DNA from: Bacteroidales bacterium | GTDB taxonomy: Bacteria; Bacteroidota; Bacteroidia; Bacteroidales; UBA932 | DNA length: 64,000 nucleotides | Assembly (NCBI GenBank): GCA_017476575.1 | Contig: JAFUZO010000038.1 | Span: forward strand, 2,551-66,550 | Direction of reading: 5' to 3' | Shown here: piece by piece, positions 38,101 to 47,149 of the stretch | How the letters are laid out: each line of letters opens with the position of its first letter | Position numbering within the stretch: the first letter of the stretch is position 1 | The notes under the pieces: generated by a model | What the model was told of the DNA's origin: nothing | The model's input: only the letters and a program-made list of their open reading frames with translations | The model's database searches: none | Made by a program: the position numbers and the translations under genes

Positions 38101-38379
38101 TTTCAGGATGATTTCCTTGCCCTGGATCCGGTAGTCGATACCAGTCTCGCGGAACAGGGCGGACAGGACCTCGGAAAGGGTGCCGCTGTAGTCCATGTTG
38201 CGGACCGCCGCACCGGAGAGGTCGTCGGCATTGTAGAAGAACGTGTAGTCCGTCGCCCCTTCGATCTGCCGGATGGCCTGTTCCAGGGTCAGGGCGCGTC
38301 CTTTGACAGCGACCTGGGCCGGACACCAGACCGATGCCGCCAGCAGCAGGGTCAGGACCGTAGTAAGGAAACGGTTCAT
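35119..38379 (-). CDS. susC: SusC/RagA TonB-dependent transporter with an N-terminal STN signalling domain
   Basis: STN domain (TLEQAIRQIE..TDYTFFY), LKDAGATAIYGS.AAGGVI.VTTK, NPYLHWE and terminal LGINLKF. Confidence 0.97.
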   Translation of the reverse strand: MNRFLTTVLTLLLAASVWCPAQVAVKGRALTLEQAIRQIEGATDYTFFYNADDLSGAAVRNMDYSGTLSEVLSALFRETGIDYRIQGKEIILKKGDAPSATPAKPARRTVRGTVTDAAAGQPVIGAGVFVQGTQTGAFTDVDGRYTVEVAPDGILEFSYLGYRTVSVPVGSRTVLDVAMEPELNLLDAVVMMGYSSAKKTELSSSVVTVQGETLRDVATPDVGNMLQGKVAGVLVYNASGQPGEAAQIRVRGTGSITANAAPLYVVDGIPGGSFNPNDVETLTVLKDAGATAIYGSDAAGGVIVVTTKKATPGQKTAVEFKAQAGVKQALSGRFRPMNSEELYDLSKSIYPKAIFNILYPKTLLDQDFSWMDEAFRLGSTQDYYASVAGSSDNATYFVSLDHYREKGTLINTDFARTTGRVNLGLKLSKAVDMNLRLHFNDENNQGTSSYVTLESAYRMSPWDNPYDVNTGEYLMVSSGTRSDNGQPWYSHDKINIFHNELYNSSKSNGHGLTADLQLLWRITDHLSFTTTNRYGTSASTWKLVIDPRTASASYPDGVIQKNVVTGRSFSTSNLLKYTETFAEDHHVTAMLGQEWGLWKNDYTWAEGVGMKSGLTVLNAASPNSVGGYWVEGEGWSLFGQAQYSYKEKYIATASLRADANSVFAPKQRIGYFPSVSAAWLATGEEFMKDFPAITFLKLRASYGETGNSGIDPYSYLSTYAAESAVQYQGVVGMYPEKQENPYLHWEVARMTNLGLDLNVKDFLEVNLDFYQILNDDLLLDVPTAPSTGFSSITKNMGAIRNRGVEVAVNSTNIRKRAFTWTTGFNIGFNRNTVLTLPDGEDIIQTVGSNSARQIIREGESLYSWYMPKWMGVNPENGDPQWEHLIKDAEGNVTGTELTNVFDPDNDSQIVGCASPLFSGGLVNTFTYGPFSLAVNFNYVVGNKIFNYTRVTMDTDGHYTDYNQMSIDNGLGWSRWEQPGDIATHPKAVSGGNHNADGISSRYLENGSFLRLKNVTLGYDLPKAVCRRIHLQGAKVFISGDNLYTYTRFSGMDPEVRLESTMYELAGMYSMNYPVGRAVTLGINLKF

Positions 38380-38391
38380 GGATGGGATGGT

Positions 38392-39243
38392 TTATAGGTA
38401 CAATTGATAGGTCTGTCCATCGCGGCGGTAGCGGAGGCCGAACACGTAGCCGACCTTGTCCAGGACGGATTCGAGGCTCTCGTCATGGCCGATGATGCCG
38501 GTCACCTTCGCCCCGCCGTCGTCGAAGCGCCGGGGCAGGGTGATGTCCACGCCGTATTTCCAGTGCACGAAGGCCAGCACCTCCCGGAGCGGCATGTTCT
38601 CCAGTTTGAAGCGGCCGGAGGACCACCGGGCATGGTCGAAGAAGGGGGTGACCTCGACCTGGCCGCCGCTGCACACCAGTTGCTGCAGCGGTTCGAGCGA
38701 GACCCGCTCCTGCTCCGTCACGAAATCCACCGCACCCTCGTACAGCGCGACCGCGACGGTCCCGGGCAGGTCCTGCCGGACGGAGAAACTGGTCCCGTGG
38801 ACCTCGACATAGCCCTCCGGGAGGTTGACGACGAAACGGGCGGCATCCTCCTGGCGGACCACCTCGAAACTGGCGCTGCCGTCCAGCCAGACCTGCCGGT
38901 CCTCGCTGAACCGGTCGCTGTAGCGGAGGCGGCTTCCCCCGTCCATCCAGACCCGGGAGCCGTCGGGCAGCAACTGGGCGCCGTTGTCGGCAACGACCCA
39001 GACGTACTGGTTGTCCGGCACGGGCGCGGCCGCCTTGCGTTGCAGGCGGGTCCCCGCCCAGATGCCGACGAGGAGGCAGGCGGCCATGGAGACGGTGGTC
39101 ACCAGGCCCCGGAACAGGAGATGGCGGCGCCGGGCGCGGTTCCTTTCCCGGTCGATGGAGTGCCAGATACGCTCTTTCCGGACGGCATCCCCCTCGGTCG
39201 GGAGCGACGTCCACTGGCGGTAGGTATAGGAAAACAAAGACAT
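38392..39243 (-). CDS. FecR family anti-sigma factor
   Basis: TM helix, LPDGSRVW, LDGSA.FEV, VHGTSF and W..G.F..ENMPL. Confidence 0.93.
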   Translation of the reverse strand: MSLFSYTYRQWTSLPTEGDAVRKERIWHSIDRERNRARRRHLLFRGLVTTVSMAACLLVGIWAGTRLQRKAAAPVPDNQYVWVVADNGAQLLPDGSRVWMDGGSRLRYSDRFSEDRQVWLDGSASFEVVRQEDAARFVVNLPEGYVEVHGTSFSVRQDLPGTVAVALYEGAVDFVTEQERVSLEPLQQLVCSGGQVEVTPFFDHARWSSGRFKLENMPLREVLAFVHWKYGVDITLPRRFDDGGAKVTGIIGHDESLESVLDKVGYVFGLRYRRDGQTYQLYL

Positions 39244-39295
39244 CGTGTTACGTGGTTACTGATATAAATACCGCCAGCAACCCCGTACCCCTACA

Positions 39296-39850
39296 TCAAC
39301 CGGCAACAAAAAAGAGGAAAAGGGGGAGATGCGTCTTCAAAAACTTGAGAGCGAGGTGGATGTTCCGCTCGACACCCTTTTCGGAGATGCGCATGCGGGT
39401 AGCGATTTCTGCATAGGTAAGGCCCTCCTCCCGGCTCAGGAGGAAAGCTTCCCGCTGCCGGGGTGGAAGGGCACTGACAAGCCGGTCCACGTAGCGGCGC
39501 AGGTCTTCGGCTTCCGGGAAGGTTCCGTCGTCCGTCACCTCGGCCTCCCGCCGGAGAGCCTCTTTCACAGCCTCTTCATTGAGGGAACGATGGGCCCGGT
39601 TGAAGATGAAGTTCCGGGTGAGGATGAACAGGAGGCCGTCCAGTCCCAGCTCCGGGTCAAGACGTCCACGCATCTCCCACAGCCGGATGAAGACCTGCTG
39701 GACGGTTTCCTCCTGCTCATAGCCGTCCTTCAGATAGAGGGCAGCGAAATGCAGGACCTTGGCCCAATAGTGGTCATACAGACGCCGGTAGGCTTCTGTG
39801 TCTCCGCTTCTGAGGAGGAGAATATCGGTCTTGATTTCATTCGCGTCCAT
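39296..39850 (-). CDS. ECF sigma-70 factor
   Basis: VQQVFIRLWE and LPPRQREAFLLSREEGLTYAEIA. The start was trimmed to the ATG at 39850. Confidence 0.93.
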   Translation of the reverse strand: MDANEIKTDILLLRSGDTEAYRRLYDHYWAKVLHFAALYLKDGYEQEETVQQVFIRLWEMRGRLDPELGLDGLLFILTRNFIFNRAHRSLNEEAVKEALRREAEVTDDGTFPEAEDLRRYVDRLVSALPPRQREAFLLSREEGLTYAEIATRMRISEKGVERNIHLALKFLKTHLPLFLFFVAG

Positions 39851-39931
39851 CAGGACGGTAAAGATAGTGATTTTTCCGGACATATCGCCCGGTATACAGA
39901 AACAGGCCGGGAGAAACCCCCTGGCCTGCTG

Positions 39932-40005
39932 TCGAGATGATCCGACTCGAACGGACGACCCCCACGTCCCGAACGTGGTGCGCTAGCCAACTGCGCTACA
40001 TCTCG
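39932..40005 (-). tRNA. tRNA-Pro (CGG)
   Basis: Acceptor CGAGATG/CATCTCG, anticodon arm CCACG-TTCGGGA-CGTGG and T-loop TTCGAGT. Confidence 0.97.
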
Positions 40006-40042
40006 ATGTACCCTGTAGAGCCGGGTCGGCTGGATGTCAAAC

Positions 40043-40297
40043 TTAGGCGAGTTTGTTGATGTAGACGGCGAGACCGCTCTTGAGGTTGGCAGCCTTGTTC
40101 TTGTGGATGACACCGATCTTTGCAAGCTTGTCGATCATGGCGTAGACCTTCGGAGCATTCTCTTCGGCGGCCTTCTTGTCGGTGGTGTTGCGGAGGTCGC
40201 GGATCGCGTTCCGCGTCGTCTTTGCATAGTACTTGGTATGCAATCTGTGCCTTTCGCTCTGGCGTACGGCTTTCTGTGCAGATTTTGTGTTTGCCAT
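40043..40297 (-). CDS. rpsT: 30S ribosomal protein S20
   Basis: [13 protein letters not shown]...[22 protein letters not shown]. Confidence 0.99.
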   Translation of the reverse strand: MANTKSAQKAVRQSERHRLHTKYYAKTTRNAIRDLRNTTDKKAAEENAPKVYAMIDKLAKIGVIHKNKAANLKSGLAVYINKLA

Positions 40298-40315
40298 TGT
40301 CTTACTTTTTATATT

Positions 40316-40390
40316 TGGTAGTGGGTAGGAGAATCGAACTCCTATTGCGGGAATGAAAATCCCGAGTACTAACCGTTATACGAACCCACC
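40316..40390 (-). tRNA. tRNA-Glu (TTC), CCA encoded
   Basis: Acceptor GGTGGGT/ACCCACT, anticodon arm CGGGA-TTTTCAT-TCCCG and T-arm AGGAG-TTCGATT-CTCCT. Confidence 0.96.
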
Positions 40391-40427
40391 AGACTTGTCA
40401 AACCCTACCGGTTTCCGTAGGGGAATG

Positions 40428-40435
40428 CAAAGGTA
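40428..40435 (-). promoter_or_regulatory. -7 element for tRNA-Glu/rpsT
   Basis: The reverse complement reads TACCTTTG. Confidence 0.65.
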
Positions 40436-40466
40436 TGGATTTTTTTTGACCCGGCAAAATTATTTT

Positions 40467-41471
40467 TCATTTTTTGCCGGGTTCTTTCCATTCGAAGGAA
40501 TAGAGCAGCGACTCCACCTGACGGAGGTACTGACGCTTGTCATACTTCGGGGCATAGACAAAGGCCTCCAGGACAATGATGTCGCGCCCGTCCTGACTGT
40601 AGAAGGAGTGGGAAACGAATGGACCACCCATGAAGTCGCCTTCGACCTCCCAGAAGCCCCGTGTCTCCACGAAATCGATGCCGTGGTAGCGGAGCGAACG
40701 GACGGTCGGCTGGACGGCGGTGGATGTCGTCATGTAAGTCCCGTCGAACATGCCGGGGACATTCTCCTGCATGATCCGGTTCCGGACCTCGATGATGTTC
40801 TCCACGGTGAAGTTTCCCTCCGGCAGGGCTGGATAGCGGTAGATGAGGACAGTCTGGTTGCTATACTGTTTCTCGTCGGCGACCCAGAGGAAGGTAGCGG
40901 TCGACTTGCGCAACTTGTAACCGGACGGGAAGTACATGATGCCGCCTGTGAGCTTTTCTACGGCCGGCCGCATCGACGTCTCCTCGTACAGGGCCGCATT
41001 GGCGACGATACGGTCCCGCTCGGACTGTTCGAAGAACTCCGGCAGTTTCTCCCCGGCGTCGGCGAGGATGTCCAGAGCCCCTTCCTCGTCGTAGGCATTG
41101 ATCTGCGCCACCGATTGCGGGCGGGCCCACTGGTCTTTCCGGTAGACCATCCCGGCCGTCTGGTTCTGCGGATTGATGTTCAGGATAATGATATTGCGGT
41201 GGATCTTGAACAGGTTGGTGAAACTGCCCGGCGGCACGTTGGCCAGGGTGAACAGCGGTTCCCGCTGGGCGAGATACGGGCAGTCACCGGCCAGCATCTC
41301 GCGGAGGGCGTTGCCGATATTGCCCTCCCAATTGTCCTTGTCGATGACGACCACGATCTCCCCCGCCTTCCCGCTGACGTTCGGAAGCAGGGTGCCTTTC
41401 TTCTGGTGGCCGCAGCCTGCGACAATGGCGGCGAGAGCCAGGAAGGCGAATGCCTTGGATAACGGTTTCAT
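40467..41471 (-). CDS. DUF4837 family lipoprotein
   Basis: Lipobox VAGC, LAQREPLF, ETRG.WEV.GDFMGGPFVS and FVYAPK..KR; conserved next to rseP in Bacteroidetes. Confidence 0.85.
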   Translation of the reverse strand: MKPLSKAFAFLALAAIVAGCGHQKKGTLLPNVSGKAGEIVVVIDKDNWEGNIGNALREMLAGDCPYLAQREPLFTLANVPPGSFTNLFKIHRNIIILNINPQNQTAGMVYRKDQWARPQSVAQINAYDEEGALDILADAGEKLPEFFEQSERDRIVANAALYEETSMRPAVEKLTGGIMYFPSGYKLRKSTATFLWVADEKQYSNQTVLIYRYPALPEGNFTVENIIEVRNRIMQENVPGMFDGTYMTTSTAVQPTVRSLRYHGIDFVETRGFWEVEGDFMGGPFVSHSFYSQDGRDIIVLEAFVYAPKYDKRQYLRQVESLLYSFEWKEPGKK

Positions 41472-41476
41472 ATCTT

Positions 41477-42811
41477 CTATCGGATTAATCTTGCGATGTC
41501 GTTGCCAAAGGCGAGGACCATCAGGAGGAGCAGCAGGACCATGCCCACCATCTGCGCCGCCAGGATGAACCGGTCGCCCGGCTTGCGGCCCGTCACCATC
41601 TCGTAGAGGCAGAACACGATGTGCCCACCGTCCAGCGCCGGTATCGGCAGGAGGTTCATCACCCCGAGCATGATGGAGAGAAGGGCCAGGATATAGAGGA
41701 ACTGATACCAGTTCCAGGAACTCGGGAAGACCTGGCCGATGGCGATGAAACTGCCCACGGACTTGTACGCCTCGGTCCGCGGAGTCGCCACCAGCCGGAG
41801 ATCCCGCAGGTAGCCGCCCACCGTGCCGCCCATCAGCCGGATCCCGGCCGGAATGGCAGCGAGGACGCCATAACTGCGGTGCTCGTAACCGGGGAAGACG
41901 GTCATGACACCGATCCGGCCGAGAGTGTCGACCCGGACGGACAACGAGAGGGAATCGGCCCCACGCAGGACCTCTACCGGGACACTGCGGCCGGCATGCT
42001 CCGTCAGGAGCGGACGGCTGTCCTGCAGATACGTGACCGGCTGCCCGGCCACCGAGAGCACCCGGTCCCCGTTCCGGAGCAGACCGGCGTTCGGCGACTC
42101 TGCGAGGACCGTGTCGATGATGAACGGCACGGCGAGGTCGAACATGCCCGGCGTCTCCAGCACCTCGCCGATGCGGCTCTGGTCGATGTAGATGTCAAGG
42201 GTGTCCGCCCCGCGCAGGACAGTGGCCTTATGGACATCCCGGCGGGCCAGGTCTACCTGGAGCATGGAGAAATCATCGGGGACATAGTCGTCGAAGCGCA
42301 GGATCCGGTCGCCCGTACGGAAACCCATCTCGTAGGCAAGGTCGTTGACATAGACGGCATTGCCCTCGTTGCGGAGATAGTCCTCCCCCCAGATACCGAG
42401 CAGGACGATGTACAGCAGGGCTGCCAGGATGAAGTTGTAGAGCACCCCGCCGGCCATCACCAAGAGGCGCTGCCAAGCCGGGCGGGTCCGGAACTCCCAT
42501 GGCTGGGGTTCCTGCCGCAGGGTCTCCATGTCCAACGATTCGTCGATCATGCCGGCAATCTTGCAATAGCCGCCGAGGGGCAGCCAGCCGATGCCGTATT
42601 CCGTCTCCCATCGTGCTGCCTTGGGACAGAGCCGGACGAACCATCCCGACTTCGTGGAAAACAGCTTCACCCCGCCGGCATCGAAGAACAAGAAGAACTT
42701 GTCCACCCGGATATGGAAGATCTTGGCAAAAGTGAAGTGGCCGCACTCATGGATAAGGATAAGCACGGACAGGGCCAGGATGACCTGGAGGATTTTCAAC
42801 AGTACTGCCAT
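41477..42811 (-). CDS. rseP: RIP metalloprotease RseP
   Basis: HECGH, GWLPLGGYCKI, PDZ region and NLLPIPALDGG. Confidence 0.96.
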   Translation of the reverse strand: MAVLLKILQVILALSVLILIHECGHFTFAKIFHIRVDKFFLFFDAGGVKLFSTKSGWFVRLCPKAARWETEYGIGWLPLGGYCKIAGMIDESLDMETLRQEPQPWEFRTRPAWQRLLVMAGGVLYNFILAALLYIVLLGIWGEDYLRNEGNAVYVNDLAYEMGFRTGDRILRFDDYVPDDFSMLQVDLARRDVHKATVLRGADTLDIYIDQSRIGEVLETPGMFDLAVPFIIDTVLAESPNAGLLRNGDRVLSVAGQPVTYLQDSRPLLTEHAGRSVPVEVLRGADSLSLSVRVDTLGRIGVMTVFPGYEHRSYGVLAAIPAGIRLMGGTVGGYLRDLRLVATPRTEAYKSVGSFIAIGQVFPSSWNWYQFLYILALLSIMLGVMNLLPIPALDGGHIVFCLYEMVTGRKPGDRFILAAQMVGMVLLLLLMVLAFGNDIARLIR

Positions 42812-43962
42812 ATCAATTCTTGGGCATGGGCGTACGCCCGTTCATGGGTGGCGAAGATGTCGTCCAAGGACGGTTCCGCCACAAAATCCACGCCGGAGGC
42901 GACTTCCGCACAGACGGAGGCGATGTCATAGAAGCCGATCCGGTCACGGAGATACGCAGCCACGGCAGCTTCATTGGCCGCGTTGAGGGCACACGGGACA
43001 TTCCCGCCGCGGCCGACGGCGTCGAAGGCGAGCTGCAGGCAGGGGAACTTTTCCCGGTCCGGTTCATAGAAGGTCAGGCTGCCGAGGACGCTGAAATCCA
43101 GTTTCCGGTTGTCAAGGGGGAGCCGCTGCGGCCAGGAAAGGGCCAGCTGGATCGGTCCGCGCATGTCCGGACAGCCCAGCTGGGCGATGACAGCCCCGTC
43201 CTCGAACTCGACCATCGAATGGATCACGGATTCAGGATGCACGACGACATGGATGCGCTCCGGGGCGGTGTCGAAGAGCCATTTTGCCTCGATGACCTCG
43301 AAGCCTTTGTTCATCATGGTCGCTGAGTCGATCGTGATCTTGGCGCCCATGCTCCAGTTGGGATGTTTCAGGGCCATATCCTTGGTAGCGGCGGCGACAG
43401 CGTCGCGGTCCCAGGTGCGGAACGGGCCGCCGGAAGCCGTCAGATGGAGGAGCCGGGGGCGGTTGTCCCCTGCTCCCTGGAGGCATTGGAAGATGGCGGA
43501 ATGCTCGGAATCGACCGGCAGGATGCGGACACCGTACCGCAGGGCCGCGCCCATCACGAGGGAACCGGCAGCGACCAGGGTCTCCTTGTTGGCCAGGGCG
43601 ATGTCCTTGCCTGCCTGGATGGCGGCAAGGGTCGGTCTGAGGCCGCTGAATCCGACCATCGAGGCGACGACGATGTCCACCCGGTCTCCGGTCACGAGGT
43701 CGCATGCGGCCTGGATGCCCGCATGGACCTCGGCTGCTGTATCCGACAAGGCGCCCTTCACGTCCGTATACTTGTCCGGGTTGCAGATGACTACCTGCGG
43801 TATCCCGAACTCCCGAACCTGCTCTGCCACGAGGGCTGCATTGTTGTTGGCCGTGACCAGTTCCACTTCGAACCGGTCAGGATGCTGCCTCACCACGTCG
43901 AGGGTCTGTCGGCCGATCGAGCCGGTCGAGCCCAGGATGGCAATCCGTTTCTTCTTTTCCAT
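42796..43962 (-). CDS. dxr: 1-deoxy-D-xylulose-5-phosphate reductoisomerase
   Basis: LGSTGSIG, LANKETLV, PVDSEHSAIFQ, HPNWSMGAKITIDSATMMNKG. Confidence 0.98.
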   Translation of the reverse strand: MEKKKRIAILGSTGSIGRQTLDVVRQHPDRFEVELVTANNNAALVAEQVREFGIPQVVICNPDKYTDVKGALSDTAAEVHAGIQAACDLVTGDRVDIVVASMVGFSGLRPTLAAIQAGKDIALANKETLVAAGSLVMGAALRYGVRILPVDSEHSAIFQCLQGAGDNRPRLLHLTASGGPFRTWDRDAVAAATKDMALKHPNWSMGAKITIDSATMMNKGFEVIEAKWLFDTAPERIHVVVHPESVIHSMVEFEDGAVIAQLGCPDMRGPIQLALSWPQRLPLDNRKLDFSVLGSLTFYEPDREKFPCLQLAFDAVGRGGNVPCALNAANEAAVAAYLRDRIGFYDIASVCAEVASGVDFVAEPSLDDIFATHERAYAHAQELIWQYC

Positions 43963-43971
43963 CCAGCGTTC

Positions 43972-44823
43972 CTAAAAATTGATATACTGGGCCGGATCCA
44001 CCGCCTCGCCCTTGTACCAGAGTTCAAAATGGAGATGGTCTCCTGTCGTCAACGAGCCGGAATTGCCCACGAGGGCGATCGGAGTACCGGCCTTGACCCG
44101 GTCCCCGATGCCGTGGAGCAGTTTCTGGTTGTGTTTGTAGATAGACAGGATATCCCCAGCATGCTGCACGGCGACGGTATAGCCGGCGGCATCGTCCCAG
44201 CCCGAAAAGACGACGGCCCCGTCCAGCACTGCCATCACGACCGAATTGGCCGGTGCTGTAATATCTATATAAGGGTGCAGGGCACGGTCGAACCCCTGTG
44301 AAACCACGCCTTTGAGAGGCGTGAAGAAGGAGACGGCCTCGATCGGCAGAGTCCGCGGCGTCCCGGACACGCCGAACTGTTCCTCCCCTGCCACTTCCGC
44401 CCGGAGCAGGGAATCCCGTCCGGCCAGGAAGGCAGGGTCTCCTCCCCGCTCTACTGCGGCCTGCCGCTGCAGGATCAGGCTGTCCAGCCGGATGGGAGGC
44501 TCGCCAGCAACGACCTTCCGCAGATTCTCCGTGTACAGTTCCCACTGGAGGATACGGGTTTCCAGGGAGTCGATGCGCAGGACGTTCTGGACAGCCTGAC
44601 GCTTCGAATGCGCATCCGGATAGCCGGGGATGAAGGTTCTCATCGGGGTGAAGGCGACAAGGCAGAAAATGCCGGTGACCAGCAAGACCACCGCCGAAAT
44701 CCCCGCGATGACGATGCCGGTGCGGCTGAATGAATAGGTCCACAGCCGCTCGTGGGTGGCCGCGTCGATCAGGGAAAAGCGATATTTCCGGGTCTTTCCG
44801 GCCTTATTGTTGTCCGTTGCCAT
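43972..44823 (-). CDS. M23 family peptidase-like protein
   Basis: N-terminal TM and coiled segment, IDITA, YKHN and TG.HLHFELW. The start was trimmed to the ATG at 44823. Confidence 0.9.
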   Translation of the reverse strand: MATDNNKAGKTRKYRFSLIDAATHERLWTYSFSRTGIVIAGISAVVLLVTGIFCLVAFTPMRTFIPGYPDAHSKRQAVQNVLRIDSLETRILQWELYTENLRKVVAGEPPIRLDSLILQRQAAVERGGDPAFLAGRDSLLRAEVAGEEQFGVSGTPRTLPIEAVSFFTPLKGVVSQGFDRALHPYIDITAPANSVVMAVLDGAVVFSGWDDAAGYTVAVQHAGDILSIYKHNQKLLHGIGDRVKAGTPIALVGNSGSLTTGDHLHFELWYKGEAVDPAQYINF

Positions 44824-44857
44824 ATACGGTCCAAAAAATATTCGTAACTTTGCATCA

Positions 44858-45343
44858 ATGGACAGACTCATCGGAATAGACTACGGACGCAGACGCACCG
44901 GCCTCGCCGCGAGCGACCCGCTGGGTATCTTCGCTTCCGCCCTTGATACGGTCGATTCTACAAAGATAATAGATTATCTCAAAAAGTACGCCGAAAAAGA
45001 GACAATCTCCCGTTTTATCGTAGGATATCCGGTCAACCTGGACGGTTCGCCCGCCCAGGCGCAGGCCGACGTCGATACCTTCCTCAAGGTCCTTGCGAAA
45101 GCCTTCCCGGACATTCCTGTCAGCCTGGAAGACGAACGGTTCACCTCCGTCCTCGCCCACCGGTTCATGATCGACGGCGGGATGAAGGCGAAGGACCGGC
45201 GCGACAAAAAGTCCGTAGACCGCATCAGCGCCGCCATCATCCTCCAGGGCTACCTGGACCGGATGTCGGGCGCAACTTTTTCAGGAGCCCCCGATGCCGT
45301 TCCGGACAGCCTGTCCCGCAACATAACCAGAAAGAAACGATGA
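44858..45343 (+). CDS. ruvX: Holliday junction resolvase-like / pre-16S rRNA nuclease YqgF
   Basis: IGIDYG.RRTGLA.SD, DERFTS and D.ISAAIILQ. The ATG at 44858 follows TAACTTTG at 44845-44852. Confidence 0.95.
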   Translation: MDRLIGIDYGRRRTGLAASDPLGIFASALDTVDSTKIIDYLKKYAEKETISRFIVGYPVNLDGSPAQAQADVDTFLKVLAKAFPDIPVSLEDERFTSVLAHRFMIDGGMKAKDRRDKKSVDRISAAIILQGYLDRMSGATFSGAPDAVPDSLSRNITRKKR

Positions 45344-45894
45344 TCCAACCGATTTACCTGTACGGATCCGAGGTGCTCCGCAAGAAGGCGGAGGAAGCCG
45401 ACCTCGGCAAGAAGGAGGAGCTGACCGCGCTCGTCCAGGACCTCAAGGACACCCTCGCCCACGCCGACGGATGCGGGTTGGCCGCCCCCCAGATCGGGGT
45501 GAGCCTCAGGGTCGTCATTGTGGATGGCGATGTCGTCTCCGACATGTACGACTATCTCAAAGGCTTCAGGCGGGTGTTCATCAACCCGGTCGTCACCTGG
45601 GAGAGCGACGAAAAGACGACCTATCAAGAAGGTTGCCTGAGCATCCCGAACATCTACTGCGACGTCGTCCGGCCCGCCCGGATCACCGTCGAATACTACA
45701 ACGAGCACTTCGAGAAAGTTACGGAAAACTTCGACAAGTTCGCCTGCCGGATGATCCAGCACGAACTCTCGCACCTGGACGGCAACCTGTTCGTCGACAA
45801 CGTTCCTCCCATCCGCAAGAAGATGATCGCCGGGAAACTCAACAATATCGCCAAGGGCAAGGTCCATCCCCATTACAACTCGAAACTCAAATAG
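45340..45894 (+). CDS. def: Peptide deformylase
   Basis: GCGLAAPQIG, EGCLSIP and QHELSHLDG. Confidence 0.97.
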   Translation: MIQPIYLYGSEVLRKKAEEADLGKKEELTALVQDLKDTLAHADGCGLAAPQIGVSLRVVIVDGDVVSDMYDYLKGFRRVFINPVVTWESDEKTTYQEGCLSIPNIYCDVVRPARITVEYYNEHFEKVTENFDKFACRMIQHELSHLDGNLFVDNVPPIRKKMIAGKLNNIAKGKVHPHYNSKLK

Positions 45895-45903
45895 AGACCG
45901 ATA

Positions 45904-45972
45904 AGATTCTTCACTTTGTTCAGAATGACAACCTCATGTCATTCCGAGGCAGGTTCACCTGCCGAAGAATCT
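45904..45972. repeat. Inverted pair of REP-like GTCAT...GAAGAATCT palindromic units
   Basis: AGATTCTTCACTTTGTTCAGAATGAC (reverse unit) is followed 8 nt later by GTCATTCCGAGGCAGGTTCACCTGCCGAAGAATCT (forward unit). Confidence 0.6.
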
Positions 45973-46113
45973 ACTTTTTGGTTGGCCCCATCCCCTTTTC
46001 GCAGCACCTGCCACGTTGCAGCACAATCACTTACACGTCTTCGGGTGCAATTATCCTTGCACGCGAAAAGCTATTGATGACTGGCAGTCAGCCGGATAAG
46101 TGCCGAATAAGGC

Positions 46114-47148
46114 CTACCGGACCCGGAGGCGGCGCCCGATCTGGAGGGTCGTGGTCTGCTTGATACCGTTGAGACGGCAGAGGGCACCTACGGTCGTGTG
46201 GTATTTCTTCGCGATGCCGGACAAAGTGTCACCCGAGCGGACAGTATGGTACTTGATGGCAGCCCGTTCGGCAGCGGCGCGGGCAGCAGCCTCCTTCCTG
46301 GCCTGCTCTTCTGCCAGGAGACGGTCCTCTTCATCGGTGCGGAAGATCTCGTCCTCGTCATCGATGGTCTGGACATAGCGGCTGTTGGGATTGAAATACC
46401 AGCTGCGGAGGCGCAGCAGGCGGTGCCGAAGGGTGCCGGTCTGGAAGTCGATCAGCCAGGCCGGGTCGAAGGCATAACCCTTGTAGCGCGTTTCGAAATG
46501 CAGGTGCGGGCCGGTGGAACGTCCGGTGGAACCGCCGAGGCCGATCACGTCGCCGGCATTCACCCAGTCACCCGGCTGCACATCGCGGCGGGACATGTGG
46601 CCGTAGAAGGTCTCCAGGCCGTTGGCATGACGGATGACGACAAGGTTGCCGTAGCCACCGACATAGTCGGATACCCGGACCTTGCCGTCAAAGGCGGCAT
46701 AGACCGGAGTGCCTGTAGGGTAAGGCAGGTCGATGCCCTGGTGCCGGCGGCCGTGCCGGTAGCCGAACTTGGAGGACGGAGCGGTCTGGTTCGGGCAGCA
46801 ATAGGAATCGAGCGTATCGACGATCCAGAGCGTGAACCGGTCCGGAAGCGGATCGTTGTCATGGTACGGGTTGACACTGCGCGTATCCCAATTCTCCGTA
46901 AAGATCTTCTCGTCGGCCACAGCCTTCGGGTCCTTGACATACCGGTAGGTACCGTTGCTGAACAAGAGTACCTTGACTTCGGGATTGCCCGTGTCGAGAG
47001 TGTCTGCGTAAGGGGTGGCAGTACCACGCGAGGACCGCACGTGCTGTCGCCCGAAGGCATGCCGGAGCGAGTCCGCTTCATGGTCCTGTGCCTGCAGGGA
47101 AAGGCTGGCGAGACCAGCCAGGAGGAAGATAAGGGATTTCCGGTCCAT
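46114..47148 (-). CDS. M23 peptidase with a C-terminal LysM domain
   Basis: HQGIDL, YGHMS, TGRSTGPHLHFE and HTVRSGDTLSGIAKKY. Confidence 0.93.
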   Translation of the reverse strand: MDRKSLIFLLAGLASLSLQAQDHEADSLRHAFGRQHVRSSRGTATPYADTLDTGNPEVKVLLFSNGTYRYVKDPKAVADEKIFTENWDTRSVNPYHDNDPLPDRFTLWIVDTLDSYCCPNQTAPSSKFGYRHGRRHQGIDLPYPTGTPVYAAFDGKVRVSDYVGGYGNLVVIRHANGLETFYGHMSRRDVQPGDWVNAGDVIGLGGSTGRSTGPHLHFETRYKGYAFDPAWLIDFQTGTLRHRLLRLRSWYFNPNSRYVQTIDDEDEIFRTDEEDRLLAEEQARKEAAARAAAERAAIKYHTVRSGDTLSGIAKKYHTTVGALCRLNGIKQTTTLQIGRRLRVR

Positions 47149-47149
47149 G

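Noticed and set aside
35116-38397. 1093-aa plus-strand ORF exactly antisense to susC; similar long shadow ORFs at 532-2055, 4511-6280, 30912-33335, 47015-49561, 56349-57608 and 60992-63217
   Set aside because: Strong C/G-ending codon bias removes stop codons from the antisense frame. The translations show no family motifs and each overlaps a clearly recognisable gene.
44756-44871. Overlapping N-terminal extensions of ruvX and the M23 gene in the ORF track; similar over-long starts for lysA, ECF sigma, DUF5009, susC and the 55509 ORF
   Set aside because: Downstream ATGs fit the homology, the promoter positions and the stop/start coupling better.
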